Below, in pieces: positions 19,971 through 29,318 of a DNA stretch of 64,000 nucleotides; position 1 is the first letter of the stretch; every line of letters starts with the position of its first letter. The translations under genes and the position numbers were made by a program. The stretch spans positions 779,209 through 843,208 of the forward strand of contig OY763410.1 in assembly GCA_963667415.1 (NCBI GenBank), given 5' to 3'. The notes under the pieces were generated by a model. That model saw nothing but the letters and a program-made list of their open reading frames with translations, was not told the DNA's origin and made no database searches. This DNA comes from Dehalococcoidia bacterium (lineage in GTDB: Bacteria > Chloroflexota > Dehalococcoidia > Lucifugimonadales > UBA3495).

Positions 19971-21044
19971 TCATTCGTGAGCTCCCGCATCGACGAGAAG
20001 CTGAACCATCTTTACCCTGTTGTAGGTTACTGCTATACCGAGTGGCCTCTGATCCCTAGAGTCGCATTTTATGTTTACGTCGGCGCTTGCATCAATGAGG
20101 ATTTGAGCTAATTCCTGTCTGTCGTAAAATACTGCCGCACAGAGCGTTCTATCTGGGTCAGAGTTTACGTCGGCGCCTGCATCAATGAGGAGTTCTGCTA
20201 TATCTTTCCTGTCGTAACTAACTGTAATGCTAAGAGGAACTTGGCCACTGTACGACTCGCATTTTATGTTTACGTATGCACCTGCATCAGTGAGGATTTG
20301 AGCTAGTTCCTTCCTGTCATAAAATACCGCTGCACAAAGGGTTCTATCTGGGTCGGAGTTTACGTCGGCACCTGCATCGACGAGCATTTCTGCTATCTCA
20401 CTCCTGTCGTAATAGACGGTCACGCCAAGCGGCGTCCTGCCACTGTACCCCTCGCATTTTGTGTTTACGTCGGCACCTGCATCAATGAGGGTTTCAGCCA
20501 ACTCCTCCCGGTCGTAAAATACTGCTTCACAGAGACTTTGGTTTAGACCATTGCTTGAGCCTGGGTCGGGAGTTGGTACCGGCGTGGAAGCTGTCGTCGG
20601 TAATGCTGTGGGTGCAACAGTCGGAGCACGGGTTGGCGCAACTGTGGGAACTGCCGTGGGCACCGGCGTTGGCGCAGCCGTCGGCTCTGGCGTAGGAACC
20701 TCCGTCGGCACTGGGGTCCCAGTCGGGGCGAGCGTCGGTTCGGGCGTGGCCGACGGCAGGGGCGTAAGCGTAGGCACCGGCGTGTACGTCGGATTGGGTG
20801 TCGGGGTGGGTCGCGGCGTAAATGTGGGTTCGGGCGTATTCAGCTCTATGGTGGGCGGCTGGTCTCCCAAAACCGGGGACTCCTCAGTGGGAAGAGTCGA
20901 GAACATACCCGGGGGCGCCGTCGGGGATCCCGACGGCTCTTCGCTGGAACCGCCACAGGCGATGACTGCCAGTAAGGCCACGCCAACCGACGCGACCAAT
21001 AACAGCATTGCCAGCTTATTCCACCCGTAGTTTAGGAAGGGCAT
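19971..21044 (-). CDS. Secreted lipoprotein with PT-rich linker and divergent ankyrin-like repeats
   Basis: Lipobox VIACGG and a ~130-aa Pro/Thr linker. Followed by reiterated units LCAAVFYDR.ELAQIL.DAGA.VN... / ...VSYDRKDIAELLIDAGADVN. Confidence 0.7.
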   Translation of the reverse strand: MPFLNYGWNKLAMLLLVASVGVALLAVIACGGSSEEPSGSPTAPPGMFSTLPTEESPVLGDQPPTIELNTPEPTFTPRPTPTPNPTYTPVPTLTPLPSATPEPTLAPTGTPVPTEVPTPEPTAAPTPVPTAVPTVAPTRAPTVAPTALPTTASTPVPTPDPGSSNGLNQSLCEAVFYDREELAETLIDAGADVNTKCEGYSGRTPLGVTVYYDRSEIAEMLVDAGADVNSDPDRTLCAAVFYDRKELAQILTDAGAYVNIKCESYSGQVPLSITVSYDRKDIAELLIDAGADVNSDPDRTLCAAVFYDRQELAQILIDASADVNIKCDSRDQRPLGIAVTYNRVKMVQLLVDAGAHE

Positions 21045-21116
21045 ATATATGGTTACTCCAACCCGCTTCCTTCCAGCGGCTCGTTCCTGAGTTCACGTCC
21101 GATGGGCTCTTGCGAT

Positions 21117-21722
21117 TTAACGGGACCACTCGGAGAGGAGAATCTGCAGGATTTCCTTGTTGTCTTCCTGAACCGCACGGTCCAGAGCTGAGTCACCAAA
21201 GGCGTTGGTGACGTTGATGTCGGCGCCCGCTTCCACCAGGACACGCACCATATCACTGTCGCCCTTGTGGACAGCGCGGTGAAGGGCCGGATCGCCGAAG
21301 GCGTTCTTAGCGTCAACATTGGCGCCCGCCTTCAGGAGAAGAGCCGCCATGCCGGTGTCGCCCTTGTCGATGGCTGCGTGGAGGGGAGGTTCCCCGAAAA
21401 CATCGCTTTCATTAACGTCGGCGCCCCCCTCAATTAGAATTCGCACAATCTCTATGTCACCCTTGTCAATGGCGGAATGCAGGGCTGTACCGCCCGAAGA
21501 TGACTCCCAGCTTGCCCTTGGAGTAAGACCCGCGGTGGCTGAGGTGGGCGCTGGCACGGTGGAGGAAGCCGGCGCGGGTCTGTCGGCAAAGAGGCCCACC
21601 GCCAGTACTGCAAGTATAGCCAGCACAACAAGGGACACCCCGCCTGCCACGAGTTTCAGGGGACGCCCGGAAATCATTCGCTTGGAGGCAGGTTTGCTCA
21701 TGGCTAGATCCCTCCCGGACAC
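21117..21722 (-). CDS. Secreted/membrane-anchored ankyrin-repeat protein
   Basis: N-terminal TM/signal segment, then four canonical ANK repeats (G.TALHSAIDKGDIEIVRILIEGGADVN...). Confidence 0.85.
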   Translation of the reverse strand: MSGRDLAMSKPASKRMISGRPLKLVAGGVSLVVLAILAVLAVGLFADRPAPASSTVPAPTSATAGLTPRASWESSSGGTALHSAIDKGDIEIVRILIEGGADVNESDVFGEPPLHAAIDKGDTGMAALLLKAGANVDAKNAFGDPALHRAVHKGDSDMVRVLVEAGADINVTNAFGDSALDRAVQEDNKEILQILLSEWSR

Positions 21723-21765
21723 TCCGGCGCCATGTATAACTCGGTTCCTTATGGTGGCACCCCGG

Positions 21766-22578
21766 CTATTCCGTGGCGCCCGCGGCAGTAAGAATCTGCT
21801 CTATCTCCGTGTTTCCTCTCCATCGGGCTACGTACAGCAAAGACTCGCCATTTTGCCTTCTCAGGTTTACATCAGCCCCCGAGGCGATGAGGGTGTTCAA
21901 AGCCTCCGGTGCTTCCCGCCAGACAGCCGCGTAAAGGAGCGGATCATTACTCGAGTCCCGGGCGTCGACGTCCGCGCCCGCGTCGATGAGGATCCTCATA
22001 GCCTCGATTCTGTCCCGCCAGATGGCGGTGTACAGCAGTGGGTCACCGTCAGCGTCTCTGGCATTAACGTCCGCGCCCGCTTCGACGAGTATCCTCAGGG
22101 CCTCGATTTTGTCCCGCCAGACAGCAGTATAGAGCACAGGGTTGCTGTCGGAGTCTCTGGCGTCAACGTCTGCCCCCGCGTCAACAAGAATCTGCACTTT
22201 TTCGGGTTCTGCCCGCCAGACAGCTGTGTATAGAAGCGGGTCCCCGTCGCCGTCTCTGGCGTTGACGTCCGCTCCCGCCGCAACAAGACTTCGTACCTCG
22301 TCGATGGTGCCTGCCCAGATTGCGCGGTAGAGTGTCTCCTCCTGGGCCAACGGCGTGGAGTCCGAATCTGAAACCGCCCCGGGCGCCCCCCCGGGCGCGG
22401 CCGTCGCATCGGGGGCGCCTGCGGGCACTTGGGTAGAGGTGGCCGCAGGGTTCACGGTGATTTCTGTAGCGCGCTCGGACTGTTCGCCCCGGCAGGCCAG
22501 CAACGCCAGCGCAGCGAGAACCAGCCACAGTGCCCACCACGTCCTTTTGGATCTTGCCGCGTTACTGTATTGCCTCAT
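21766..22578 (-). CDS. Secreted ankyrin-repeat lipoprotein
   Basis: Signal peptide with LLAC lipobox, then five to six ANK-like repeats (DPLLYTA.WR...E....L..AGADV.ARD). Confidence 0.85.
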   Translation of the reverse strand: MRQYSNAARSKRTWWALWLVLAALALLACRGEQSERATEITVNPAATSTQVPAGAPDATAAPGGAPGAVSDSDSTPLAQEETLYRAIWAGTIDEVRSLVAAGADVNARDGDGDPLLYTAVWRAEPEKVQILVDAGADVDARDSDSNPVLYTAVWRDKIEALRILVEAGADVNARDADGDPLLYTAIWRDRIEAMRILIDAGADVDARDSSNDPLLYAAVWREAPEALNTLIASGADVNLRRQNGESLLYVARWRGNTEIEQILTAAGATE

Positions 22579-22665
22579 ATTCCAATCCTTGGGCTAGATT
22601 GGCCACAATTGTCGCGAATCCCTCGGCCAACTGACTCCCCGAAATTGCCGAAGCCCTACCCACGT

Positions 22666-25600
22666 TCAGCCAACTTCCTCGATTTTCCATGTACCGTCGC
22701 TCTGCTTGCTTGCGACGAGGGTGTATGTAACGCCGTTGATGGTCGTATTGCGCAGCACGAGCCTTAAGCCAGCACTGAAGGACAGAAAACGTCCAGTCCC
22801 TGAGGAATCCACTGAGAACTCGTCTGACCGCCCGGGGTATGTGCAACTCTCGCCGGGGTGTACCACCAGGTCCACGCTGCAGGTGGTTGGCTGGGCCGGT
22901 GCCGAGTCGGTCGTGGCCGAATCGGTGTTTGACACCGGGCCGGCGCCTTCGGAGTTGATGGCAGACACCCGATAGTGTCGCGTGCTTCCTGCGGTCAGAC
23001 CCGTGTGTGAGTAGCTGGTGCTGGTGGAATCGGTGTCTGCTACCAGGTCGTTCCAACTTGTGCCGTTTGTCGAAACCTCGATGCGATAGCCGGTGATGTC
23101 CACACCGCCGTCGTCCGACGGCGCGTTCCACGACAGGTCTATCTCCGTCTGCCCATCAGCCGTGGCGGTCAGCCCGGCCGGCTTGCCGGGCGCCGTGGCG
23201 GCATCAGTGGTGGCCGAATCGGTGTTTGACACCGGTCCGGTGCCTTCGGAGTTGATGGCAGACACCCGATAGTGTCGCGTGCTTCCTGCGGTCAGGCCCG
23301 TGTGTGAGTAGCTGGTGCTGGTGGAATCGGTGTCTGCCACCAGGTCGTTCCAGCTTGTGCCTTTTGTTGAAACCTCGATGTGATAGCCGGTGATGTCCGC
23401 ACCGCCGTCATCCGATGGCGCAGTCCACGACAGGTCTATCTCGGTCTGTCCGTCCGAAGTCGCTGTCAGGCTGGTGGGCGCGCCGGGCTTGTCGGCCGTC
23501 TCAGTCTCGGTAACGGTAACCTTGAACAGGTCCTCGGATGCCCCTGATACACCGTTACTGTCTCTGGCATCAACGGCAACTATTGTGTCTCCCACAGCGA
23601 TTGCTCGCAGTCTCAAAATTCCAGTGCTGGTGTTCACGGTCCCACTGAGGATTCCCTTGGTCCTGAAAGTGAAGCCGTAGTTCGTAATTTCGTCCCCATC
23701 TGGATCCGTGAAGAGCCCGGAAAGGTCCACCGTAAACGATTCACCCAAGGTCACCATCTTGTCGTCTACTTCCCCGGTAAGCCGGGGAGGCCGGTTGCTG
23801 GTCTGTACGGTTACCGCGACAGCGCTGGAGCAGTTGTCCTGCGTATTGGTTTCCCCTGGGACGCCTCTTACGCACGCTCCGAAGTAATACGTTCCAGTTG
23901 CGCTCGGAGCCGTCAGGTTGACCGTGAGGTCGATACCATCCGACGCTTCAAGCGCGCCGACCGAATCAGTGGTGCCCACCTGCGTGTTGCCGGCCGAAGA
24001 ATTGTCTACGATCGTCGAACTTGTGGAGCGATAGTAGCGTACCGTGGTAGCGGGCGACGGACCGTCGCCGTTATTGCGGACTGTCACGGACAGGCCGAAG
24101 ATCAGATTTGGCGTGGGCTTGCTGTGGGTTACCGTAGGCGCTCCTACAGACAGGTCTGGGTTGCCGGTCGCAATCTGACTGGTGGTTGCCGAGTCTGTGT
24201 TGGAGGCTGGACCAGTCCCTTCCGAGTTGATGGCCGACACCCGGTAGTGGCGGGTGCTCCCTGCTGTCAGCCCGGTGTGGCTGTAACTGGTGCTGGTCGA
24301 ATCGGTGTCGGCCACTAGGCCGCTCCAGCTTGAGCCGTTGGTTGAAACCTCAATCTTGTACCCCGTGATGTGCGCTCCGCCGCCATCTAATGGCGCTCTC
24401 CACGACAGGTCGATCCTGGTCTGCCCGTCTGCCGTTGCAGTCAGGCTCCGTGGGGCGCTGGGCACAGTAGCTAGTGCACCAACGGTCACGGCCACCGCTG
24501 CCGAGCAGTTGTTGGCGGTGTCGGATTCATCGGACAGCGCGTCCACGCAGGCCCCGTAGTAATAGGTGCCCTGTGTGGATGGCGCGGTCAGCATGACCCA
24601 CTCGTCTCCGCTCTCTGATGCGCCGAGACGGAACACGGAGTCCGTACCCACTTCTGTGTCGCCGGTGGTGATGGTCGAGTCGGTGGACTGGTAATATCGG
24701 AGAGTGGTTGAGTCTGATCGACCACTGCCCTGGTTGCGCACCGTGGCACTCAGCGTGAAGCGCTCCCCGACGTCCGGGGCGCTCTCGCTTACCGTAGGCG
24801 CGTCCACCACGAGGTCCGGAACCGGCGTCGCCCCGACCGTAACCGTCACTGCAACTGAGCAGTTGTTCGCCGTATCGGACTCATCCGATACCGAGTCCAC
24901 GCAGGCCCCGAAGTAATGGGTGCCCGGCGTGTCGGGCGAGGTCAGCCTGACCCACTCGTCTCCGCTCTCTGATGCGTCGAGACGGAACACGTTGTCCGTA
25001 CCCACCACTGTGTCGCCGGTGGTGATGGTCGAGTCGGTGGACTGGTAATATCGGAGAGTGGTTGAGCCTGATCGACCACTGCCCTGGTTACGAACGGTGG
25101 CGTTCAGGGTGAAGCGCTCTCCCGCGTCCGGAGCGCTCTCGCTCACCGTCGGCGCGTCGACCACGAGGTCCGGCGCGGGTGCCGCCCCGACCGTAACCGA
25201 CGATGCAACTGAGCAATTGTTCGCCGTATCGGACTCATCCGATACAGAGTCCACGCAGGCGCCGTAGTAGTAGGTGCCCGGCCTGTCGGGCGAGGTCAGC
25301 CTGACCCACTCGTCTCCGCTCTCTGATGCGTCGAGACGGAACACGGAGTCCGTACCCACCTCTGTGTCGCCTGTTGTGATGGTCGAGTCGGTGGACTGGT
25401 AGTAGCGCAGGGTAGTCGAGTCCGATCGTCCGTTCCCCCGGTTCCGCACTGTTGCGCTCAGCGTGATGCGCTCCCCGGCATCAGGGGAACTTTCGCTCAC
25501 TGTGGGCCTGTCCACCACGAGGTCGGGGGAGATCCCCGCGCCGCAGTCTGACAGACCCAGAGCAGCCACGTCATTGTCCGGTACTTGCTTCAGTGCAGTC

Positions 25601-28569
25601 GGAGTGCATCCGGTCAGCTGGTTCCCGGAGAGCTTCAAGGTTCTTAAATTGGCAAGATCTTCCAGTTCCGCAGGTATTGACCCGGCCAATTCGTTCCTGG
25701 CCATTGCAAGGGTGGTCAAGTTAGTCATTCGCCCCAAGGCCGCTGGAATGCTGCCTTGCAGCCTGTTGTCGGAAAGGCTTAACTCCTCGAGGCTGGCAGC
25801 CCCACTCAGGCGCGCCGGGATGGTACCTGTCAATTGGTTTGACCAAAGAGAAAGGATTTCCAGCTCGGAGAGGTTGCCTAATTCTGCCGGGATGGCCCCG
25901 CTTAACCGGTTCCTGTGTAGATAGAGGAACTCCAGATTGCGCAGATTGCCAATCGCCGAAGGTATAGAGCCTGTCAGCTGGTTATTGCTCAGGTCCAGTA
26001 GTGTAAGGCCGGTCAAATTGCCCAATTCTGGCGAAACCACGCCAGTCACACCGGACTGGACCCGGAGCGAGGTTACCCGCAATGGGGAGCCGCCGATCCT
26101 TATACCGTTCCAATTCCTCATCGGGGTGCTGGCAGACCAGTTCAGCGTACCCGTTCCCTCGATCTTGTCCTTGATTGCCAGCAGGGTTTCGCAGTCCGCA
26201 ACCAACTTCGGGTTAATGGATGCGGACGGCACTACATTGCTGTTTCCACAGACTGTTTGGTCCACTGGTGTACCCGTCGCAGTTGCCGACCACGGCCCTT
26301 CTCCGACCGAGTTTATCGCCCGCACCTGCACATCGTAGCTGGTGCCGCCTGTCAGACCGGTCAGCAAGTGGTTGAGGCTGCCAGCACCGGCCCATACGCG
26401 ACTAACCACACTCCAGTTCCCATCGGCCTTGCTGGGGGCATCGCTGCGTATGTGGCGCAGGTCATAGGTAGTAATCGCTGTGCTACCGGCTTGGGCGGGG
26501 GCCCGCCACATTACTGTCAGCGAGGCGGTCCCGGGTATTACGGATAGGACGCTCGGCGCTCCAGGTACGATTGGCGTGGGCTGCGCAGGCCGGCTGATCG
26601 GCGGAAGAACGAAGAAACCGTGTCCCCATTCGTTGTTGGGGTCGGGGCTGCTGATGCGCTGCTCGGCGTTTTCCTTCAGGTATGACACCACCTGTGTGGG
26701 GCTGTAGCTGGGAAACCGCTGGCGCACTAGAGCTGCCATTCCAGCCACGTGGGGCGAAGCCTGGCTGGTTCCGCAGAAGGGTCCGGCATTGGTCGCTGTG
26801 TCGCCGCAGTTTGCCGCGACTCCATCGGGTTTGATCCGGCCATCCGGAGTTGGGCCCTGGCTGCTGAAGCCGGACAGTTGGTTTACGTCGTTCCAATGTG
26901 CCGCGCCCACGGCAAGCATCCCGGAGTTGGCGCTCTCGGCGGGGTTGATGATGCTGCCGGTCCCGGAGGAGTTCAGCCTCAGACTCGTCGGGCCCCAGCC
27001 GACCAACTGGACCCAGTCCGGCTCCGGACCGCCCCGGTGCGCGACCATGACGTCAAACGTGGCAAGGGAACCAACTGACTCGTAGGGGTTGTGCCCCGCA
27101 CTTCCCGATTGCAGATTAATGCTCTGAAGGGCGATCTCGTCCGTTCCTGAGGCCAGCGCGAATAGGTCCAGGTCGGTTGCAGCCCCACCCCACTCATCCT
27201 CCCACCTCAACTCCAGCCTGCCCCCGATGTACGAATTGGTGTTCCTGATTTCAGAGCCCGAGAACCTAAGAAACCTGATCTCTTCGCCGTCAATGATTTC
27301 GGTGGTGTAATTCAACGGGCCGCGCCGGAACCACGTGCCCCGCGCCTGATTTCCGGCTGCGTTGACCCAGACGACGCCCGCTGCAACTGCCCGATTAATG
27401 GAGTTCAGCGGGCTGATGGATAAAGGGGAGGTACCATCTCCAGGGCCGTCGAATGACCATAGCCTGGAATGGTTTATCACCGAGACCCCTTCGGAGATCA
27501 TCCAGTCAACGGAGTCCCTGAGTTCCGATAGCGACTGAGGGTCTGAGATGTAAAGCCTCGCCTCGGGGGCGATATCCATTACGGACTCGGAAACTATGGT
27601 GCCGTGGGTGCCTCCGTCTGAGCAATCGGACAGGTTTCGGGAATGCTGGCCCAGCCAGATATAGCACCTCGCCTCGACTGTTGCTGGAACTTCAGTCCCC
27701 TTAATGTCTGAAATACCTGAAAATCCGTGGTCAATCACTCCCACTTTTATTCCCTGCCCGGAGAAGCCCGCGTCGTTCCAAGCCTCTGAGCCATGCGCTC
27801 TGGGGCCCTGGCCAACAACCTGCGGCGTTCCCTGGGTCTCACCCGGCGGCTGTATCTGGTCCACACGCAACACCCCCGGCTGTTCCGAGGTCTCCCCCAA
27901 GATCAGGACAGGTACAAACGCCTCGATGTAGTCTTCACCCGCGTTGATGTTCGACGCTCCATTGGCCTCCAGAAATGCGGCCACGCGGTCAACGTTGGCG
28001 GACAGCAGGATGATCACCCCTACAGACTCTCCCCGGTGTAACGGCGCCTCACTGGCGGCCTCTTCAGCGGTGATTTCCCCGGACTCGACCCTTCCCACGA
28101 GGCTGTTGATCGCGGAATCCGCCTTGGGATGCTTCACCTCGGACTTCTTCGGAATGGCGATCCGGATGGTCGGACCGGCAGAGGGAACTGAAGTGGGGTC
28201 GGCTGAAGGAGCAGAGGGACCGGGACCGGACGTCTGCTCTCCGGAGCCCACCGCCACCGGGAAAGGCGTTGCCGTCGGGTAGGGCGTCGCGGTCGGATAG
28301 GCCGTGGCTGTGGGATAGGGAGTGGCGGTCTGGTTCTGCTCCACGGTGATATCGGCGCTCGACTCGTCATCGGCGCCCGTGCCTGTTGCCGCAGGCGGAG
28401 TGGCGAACAGGACCGAACGCGGCGTGGGCGAAGGCGCTGCATCCTGTGTTAAATCGCCGCAAGCCAAAATCGCCAGCAGCGTAAGGACGCTTGCGGTCGC
28501 CACCAATCGAGTGAAGCCCCCACTTGCCAAACGATGACGGTGAATCATAGATCTCCCCAGCAGCGACAT
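22666..28569 (-). CDS. Giant secreted multidomain protein: S8 subtilase + FN3 + plant-type LRR + CARDB-like x4 + Ig/cadherin-like + FN3 x3 + small C-terminal domain
   Basis: 1967 aa. Signal/TM at the N-terminus. Catalytic triad contexts VGVIDHGF, GGTHGT, GTSQASPHVAGMAAL. 24-residue LRRs (L..L.L..N.L.G.IP..LG.L). Repeated RYYQSTDSTITTGD...YYYGACVD...DTANNCS modules. FN3 modules (DLSW.AP.DDGG..ITGY.IEVS...). Confidence 0.85.
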   Translation of the reverse strand: MSLLGRSMIHRHRLASGGFTRLVATASVLTLLAILACGDLTQDAAPSPTPRSVLFATPPAATGTGADDESSADITVEQNQTATPYPTATAYPTATPYPTATPFPVAVGSGEQTSGPGPSAPSADPTSVPSAGPTIRIAIPKKSEVKHPKADSAINSLVGRVESGEITAEEAASEAPLHRGESVGVIILLSANVDRVAAFLEANGASNINAGEDYIEAFVPVLILGETSEQPGVLRVDQIQPPGETQGTPQVVGQGPRAHGSEAWNDAGFSGQGIKVGVIDHGFSGISDIKGTEVPATVEARCYIWLGQHSRNLSDCSDGGTHGTIVSESVMDIAPEARLYISDPQSLSELRDSVDWMISEGVSVINHSRLWSFDGPGDGTSPLSISPLNSINRAVAAGVVWVNAAGNQARGTWFRRGPLNYTTEIIDGEEIRFLRFSGSEIRNTNSYIGGRLELRWEDEWGGAATDLDLFALASGTDEIALQSINLQSGSAGHNPYESVGSLATFDVMVAHRGGPEPDWVQLVGWGPTSLRLNSSGTGSIINPAESANSGMLAVGAAHWNDVNQLSGFSSQGPTPDGRIKPDGVAANCGDTATNAGPFCGTSQASPHVAGMAALVRQRFPSYSPTQVVSYLKENAEQRISSPDPNNEWGHGFFVLPPISRPAQPTPIVPGAPSVLSVIPGTASLTVMWRAPAQAGSTAITTYDLRHIRSDAPSKADGNWSVVSRVWAGAGSLNHLLTGLTGGTSYDVQVRAINSVGEGPWSATATGTPVDQTVCGNSNVVPSASINPKLVADCETLLAIKDKIEGTGTLNWSASTPMRNWNGIRIGGSPLRVTSLRVQSGVTGVVSPELGNLTGLTLLDLSNNQLTGSIPSAIGNLRNLEFLYLHRNRLSGAIPAELGNLSELEILSLWSNQLTGTIPARLSGAASLEELSLSDNRLQGSIPAALGRMTNLTTLAMARNELAGSIPAELEDLANLRTLKLSGNQLTGCTPTALKQVPDNDVAALGLSDCGAGISPDLVVDRPTVSESSPDAGERITLSATVRNRGNGRSDSTTLRYYQSTDSTITTGDTEVGTDSVFRLDASESGDEWVRLTSPDRPGTYYYGACVDSVSDESDTANNCSVASSVTVGAAPAPDLVVDAPTVSESAPDAGERFTLNATVRNQGSGRSGSTTLRYYQSTDSTITTGDTVVGTDNVFRLDASESGDEWVRLTSPDTPGTHYFGACVDSVSDESDTANNCSVAVTVTVGATPVPDLVVDAPTVSESAPDVGERFTLSATVRNQGSGRSDSTTLRYYQSTDSTITTGDTEVGTDSVFRLGASESGDEWVMLTAPSTQGTYYYGACVDALSDESDTANNCSAAVAVTVGALATVPSAPRSLTATADGQTRIDLSWRAPLDGGGAHITGYKIEVSTNGSSWSGLVADTDSTSTSYSHTGLTAGSTRHYRVSAINSEGTGPASNTDSATTSQIATGNPDLSVGAPTVTHSKPTPNLIFGLSVTVRNNGDGPSPATTVRYYRSTSSTIVDNSSAGNTQVGTTDSVGALEASDGIDLTVNLTAPSATGTYYFGACVRGVPGETNTQDNCSSAVAVTVQTSNRPPRLTGEVDDKMVTLGESFTVDLSGLFTDPDGDEITNYGFTFRTKGILSGTVNTSTGILRLRAIAVGDTIVAVDARDSNGVSGASEDLFKVTVTETETADKPGAPTSLTATSDGQTEIDLSWTAPSDDGGADITGYHIEVSTKGTSWNDLVADTDSTSTSYSHTGLTAGSTRHYRVSAINSEGTGPVSNTDSATTDAATAPGKPAGLTATADGQTEIDLSWNAPSDDGGVDITGYRIEVSTNGTSWNDLVADTDSTSTSYSHTGLTAGSTRHYRVSAINSEGAGPVSNTDSATTDSAPAQPTTCSVDLVVHPGESCTYPGRSDEFSVDSSGTGRFLSFSAGLRLVLRNTTINGVTYTLVASKQSDGTWKIEEVG
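22913..23506. repeat. Two tandem ~297-bp near-identical coding repeats (FN3 modules)
   Basis: The block starting gtggccgaatcggtgtttgacaccgg occurs at 22913 and 23210 with only scattered substitutions. A third, more diverged copy lies near 24190-24470. Confidence 0.8.
24478..25535. repeat. Three tandem 354-bp near-identical coding repeats (CARDB-like modules)
   Basis: gtgatggtcgagtcggtggactggta recurs at 24668, 25022 and 25376, an exact 354-bp period (118 aa). Confidence 0.8.
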
Positions 28570-28610
28570 TCGAGGTCATGATCACGCAAACCCCGGTCCT
28601 CCAGTCAGGT

Positions 28611-29318
28611 TCACAATTCCCAATCATCCAGCAGACCGTTGCGTACTGCCCACACCACCAGTTCACGCTTAGTACCTATTCCGAGCTTGTTTTGGATGCC
28701 ATAAATCGCATTCCTTATCGTCACCCATTTGTTGCCCCGGATATCGGCAATCTCGGCGTACGTATGGCCTTGGCTGAACAGAGTGAGAATCTCTTCTTCC
28801 CTGTCTGTCAGTTTGCGGGGATTCTGCTCATTGCTTCGAGGCGCTCCTGACCGGATATCAGAGAAGGCCCGTTTCACGGCCTCGCTCGGAATTCGATATT
28901 CCCCATGAGCAACGTTACGCGCCGTCCTAAGCAGATGCTCCTTCCCCGAGTATTTCTCAAGGTAACCGGTCGCCCCTGCGGCGAATGACTCAACCACTGC
29001 ATCTTCTTCAGGAGAAGCGGTAAACATGAGCACTCGGGTTTCGGGGAGAACATTGACAATTTCGCGGCATGCTTCGATGCCATCCTTAAGCGGCATTATC
29101 ACGTCCATGATGATTACATCGGGCTTCAAAGCCAAGGCTTCCTTGATTGCCGAATCACCGTCGGCAGCTTCCCCAACCACTTCGAATTCCCCTGACCGCT
29201 CCAGCGCCTCTCGGAGGCCGTCACGCATGAGCTCATGGTCGTCTACAAGCATTACCTTGGTTAGCACGGTGGGAGACAATTTATGGCCCTCCTTTGTCTG
29301 AACCCAATGGAACGACAC
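28611..29318 (-). CDS. LuxR/NarL-family response regulator
   Basis: REC domain (VMLVDDHELMRDGL...DVIIMDVIMP) plus a C-terminal LuxR HTH (LTDREEEILTLFSQGHTYAEIADIRGNKWVTIRNAIYGIQNKLG). The true start may be the GTG at 29267 or the ATG at 29252. Confidence 0.85.
   Translation of the reverse strand: MSFHWVQTKEGHKLSPTVLTKVMLVDDHELMRDGLREALERSGEFEVVGEAADGDSAIKEALALKPDVIIMDVIMPLKDGIEACREIVNVLPETRVLMFTASPEEDAVVESFAAGATGYLEKYSGKEHLLRTARNVAHGEYRIPSEAVKRAFSDIRSGAPRSNEQNPRKLTDREEEILTLFSQGHTYAEIADIRGNKWVTIRNAIYGIQNKLGIGTKRELVVWAVRNGLLDDWEL

Noticed and set aside
21319-22233. 304-aa plus-strand ORF across the ankyrin genes. Comparable cases at 40235-41233 and 52217-53236 lie opposite the giant genes.
   Set aside because: Antisense to strongly supported repeat-protein genes. 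No recognisable domains.
22913-25535. Regularly spaced direct repeats that could superficially suggest a CRISPR-like array.
   Set aside because: Repeat units are 297 and 354 bp, contiguous without spacers, in frame, and encode FN3 and CARDB-like protein modules. Not CRISPR.
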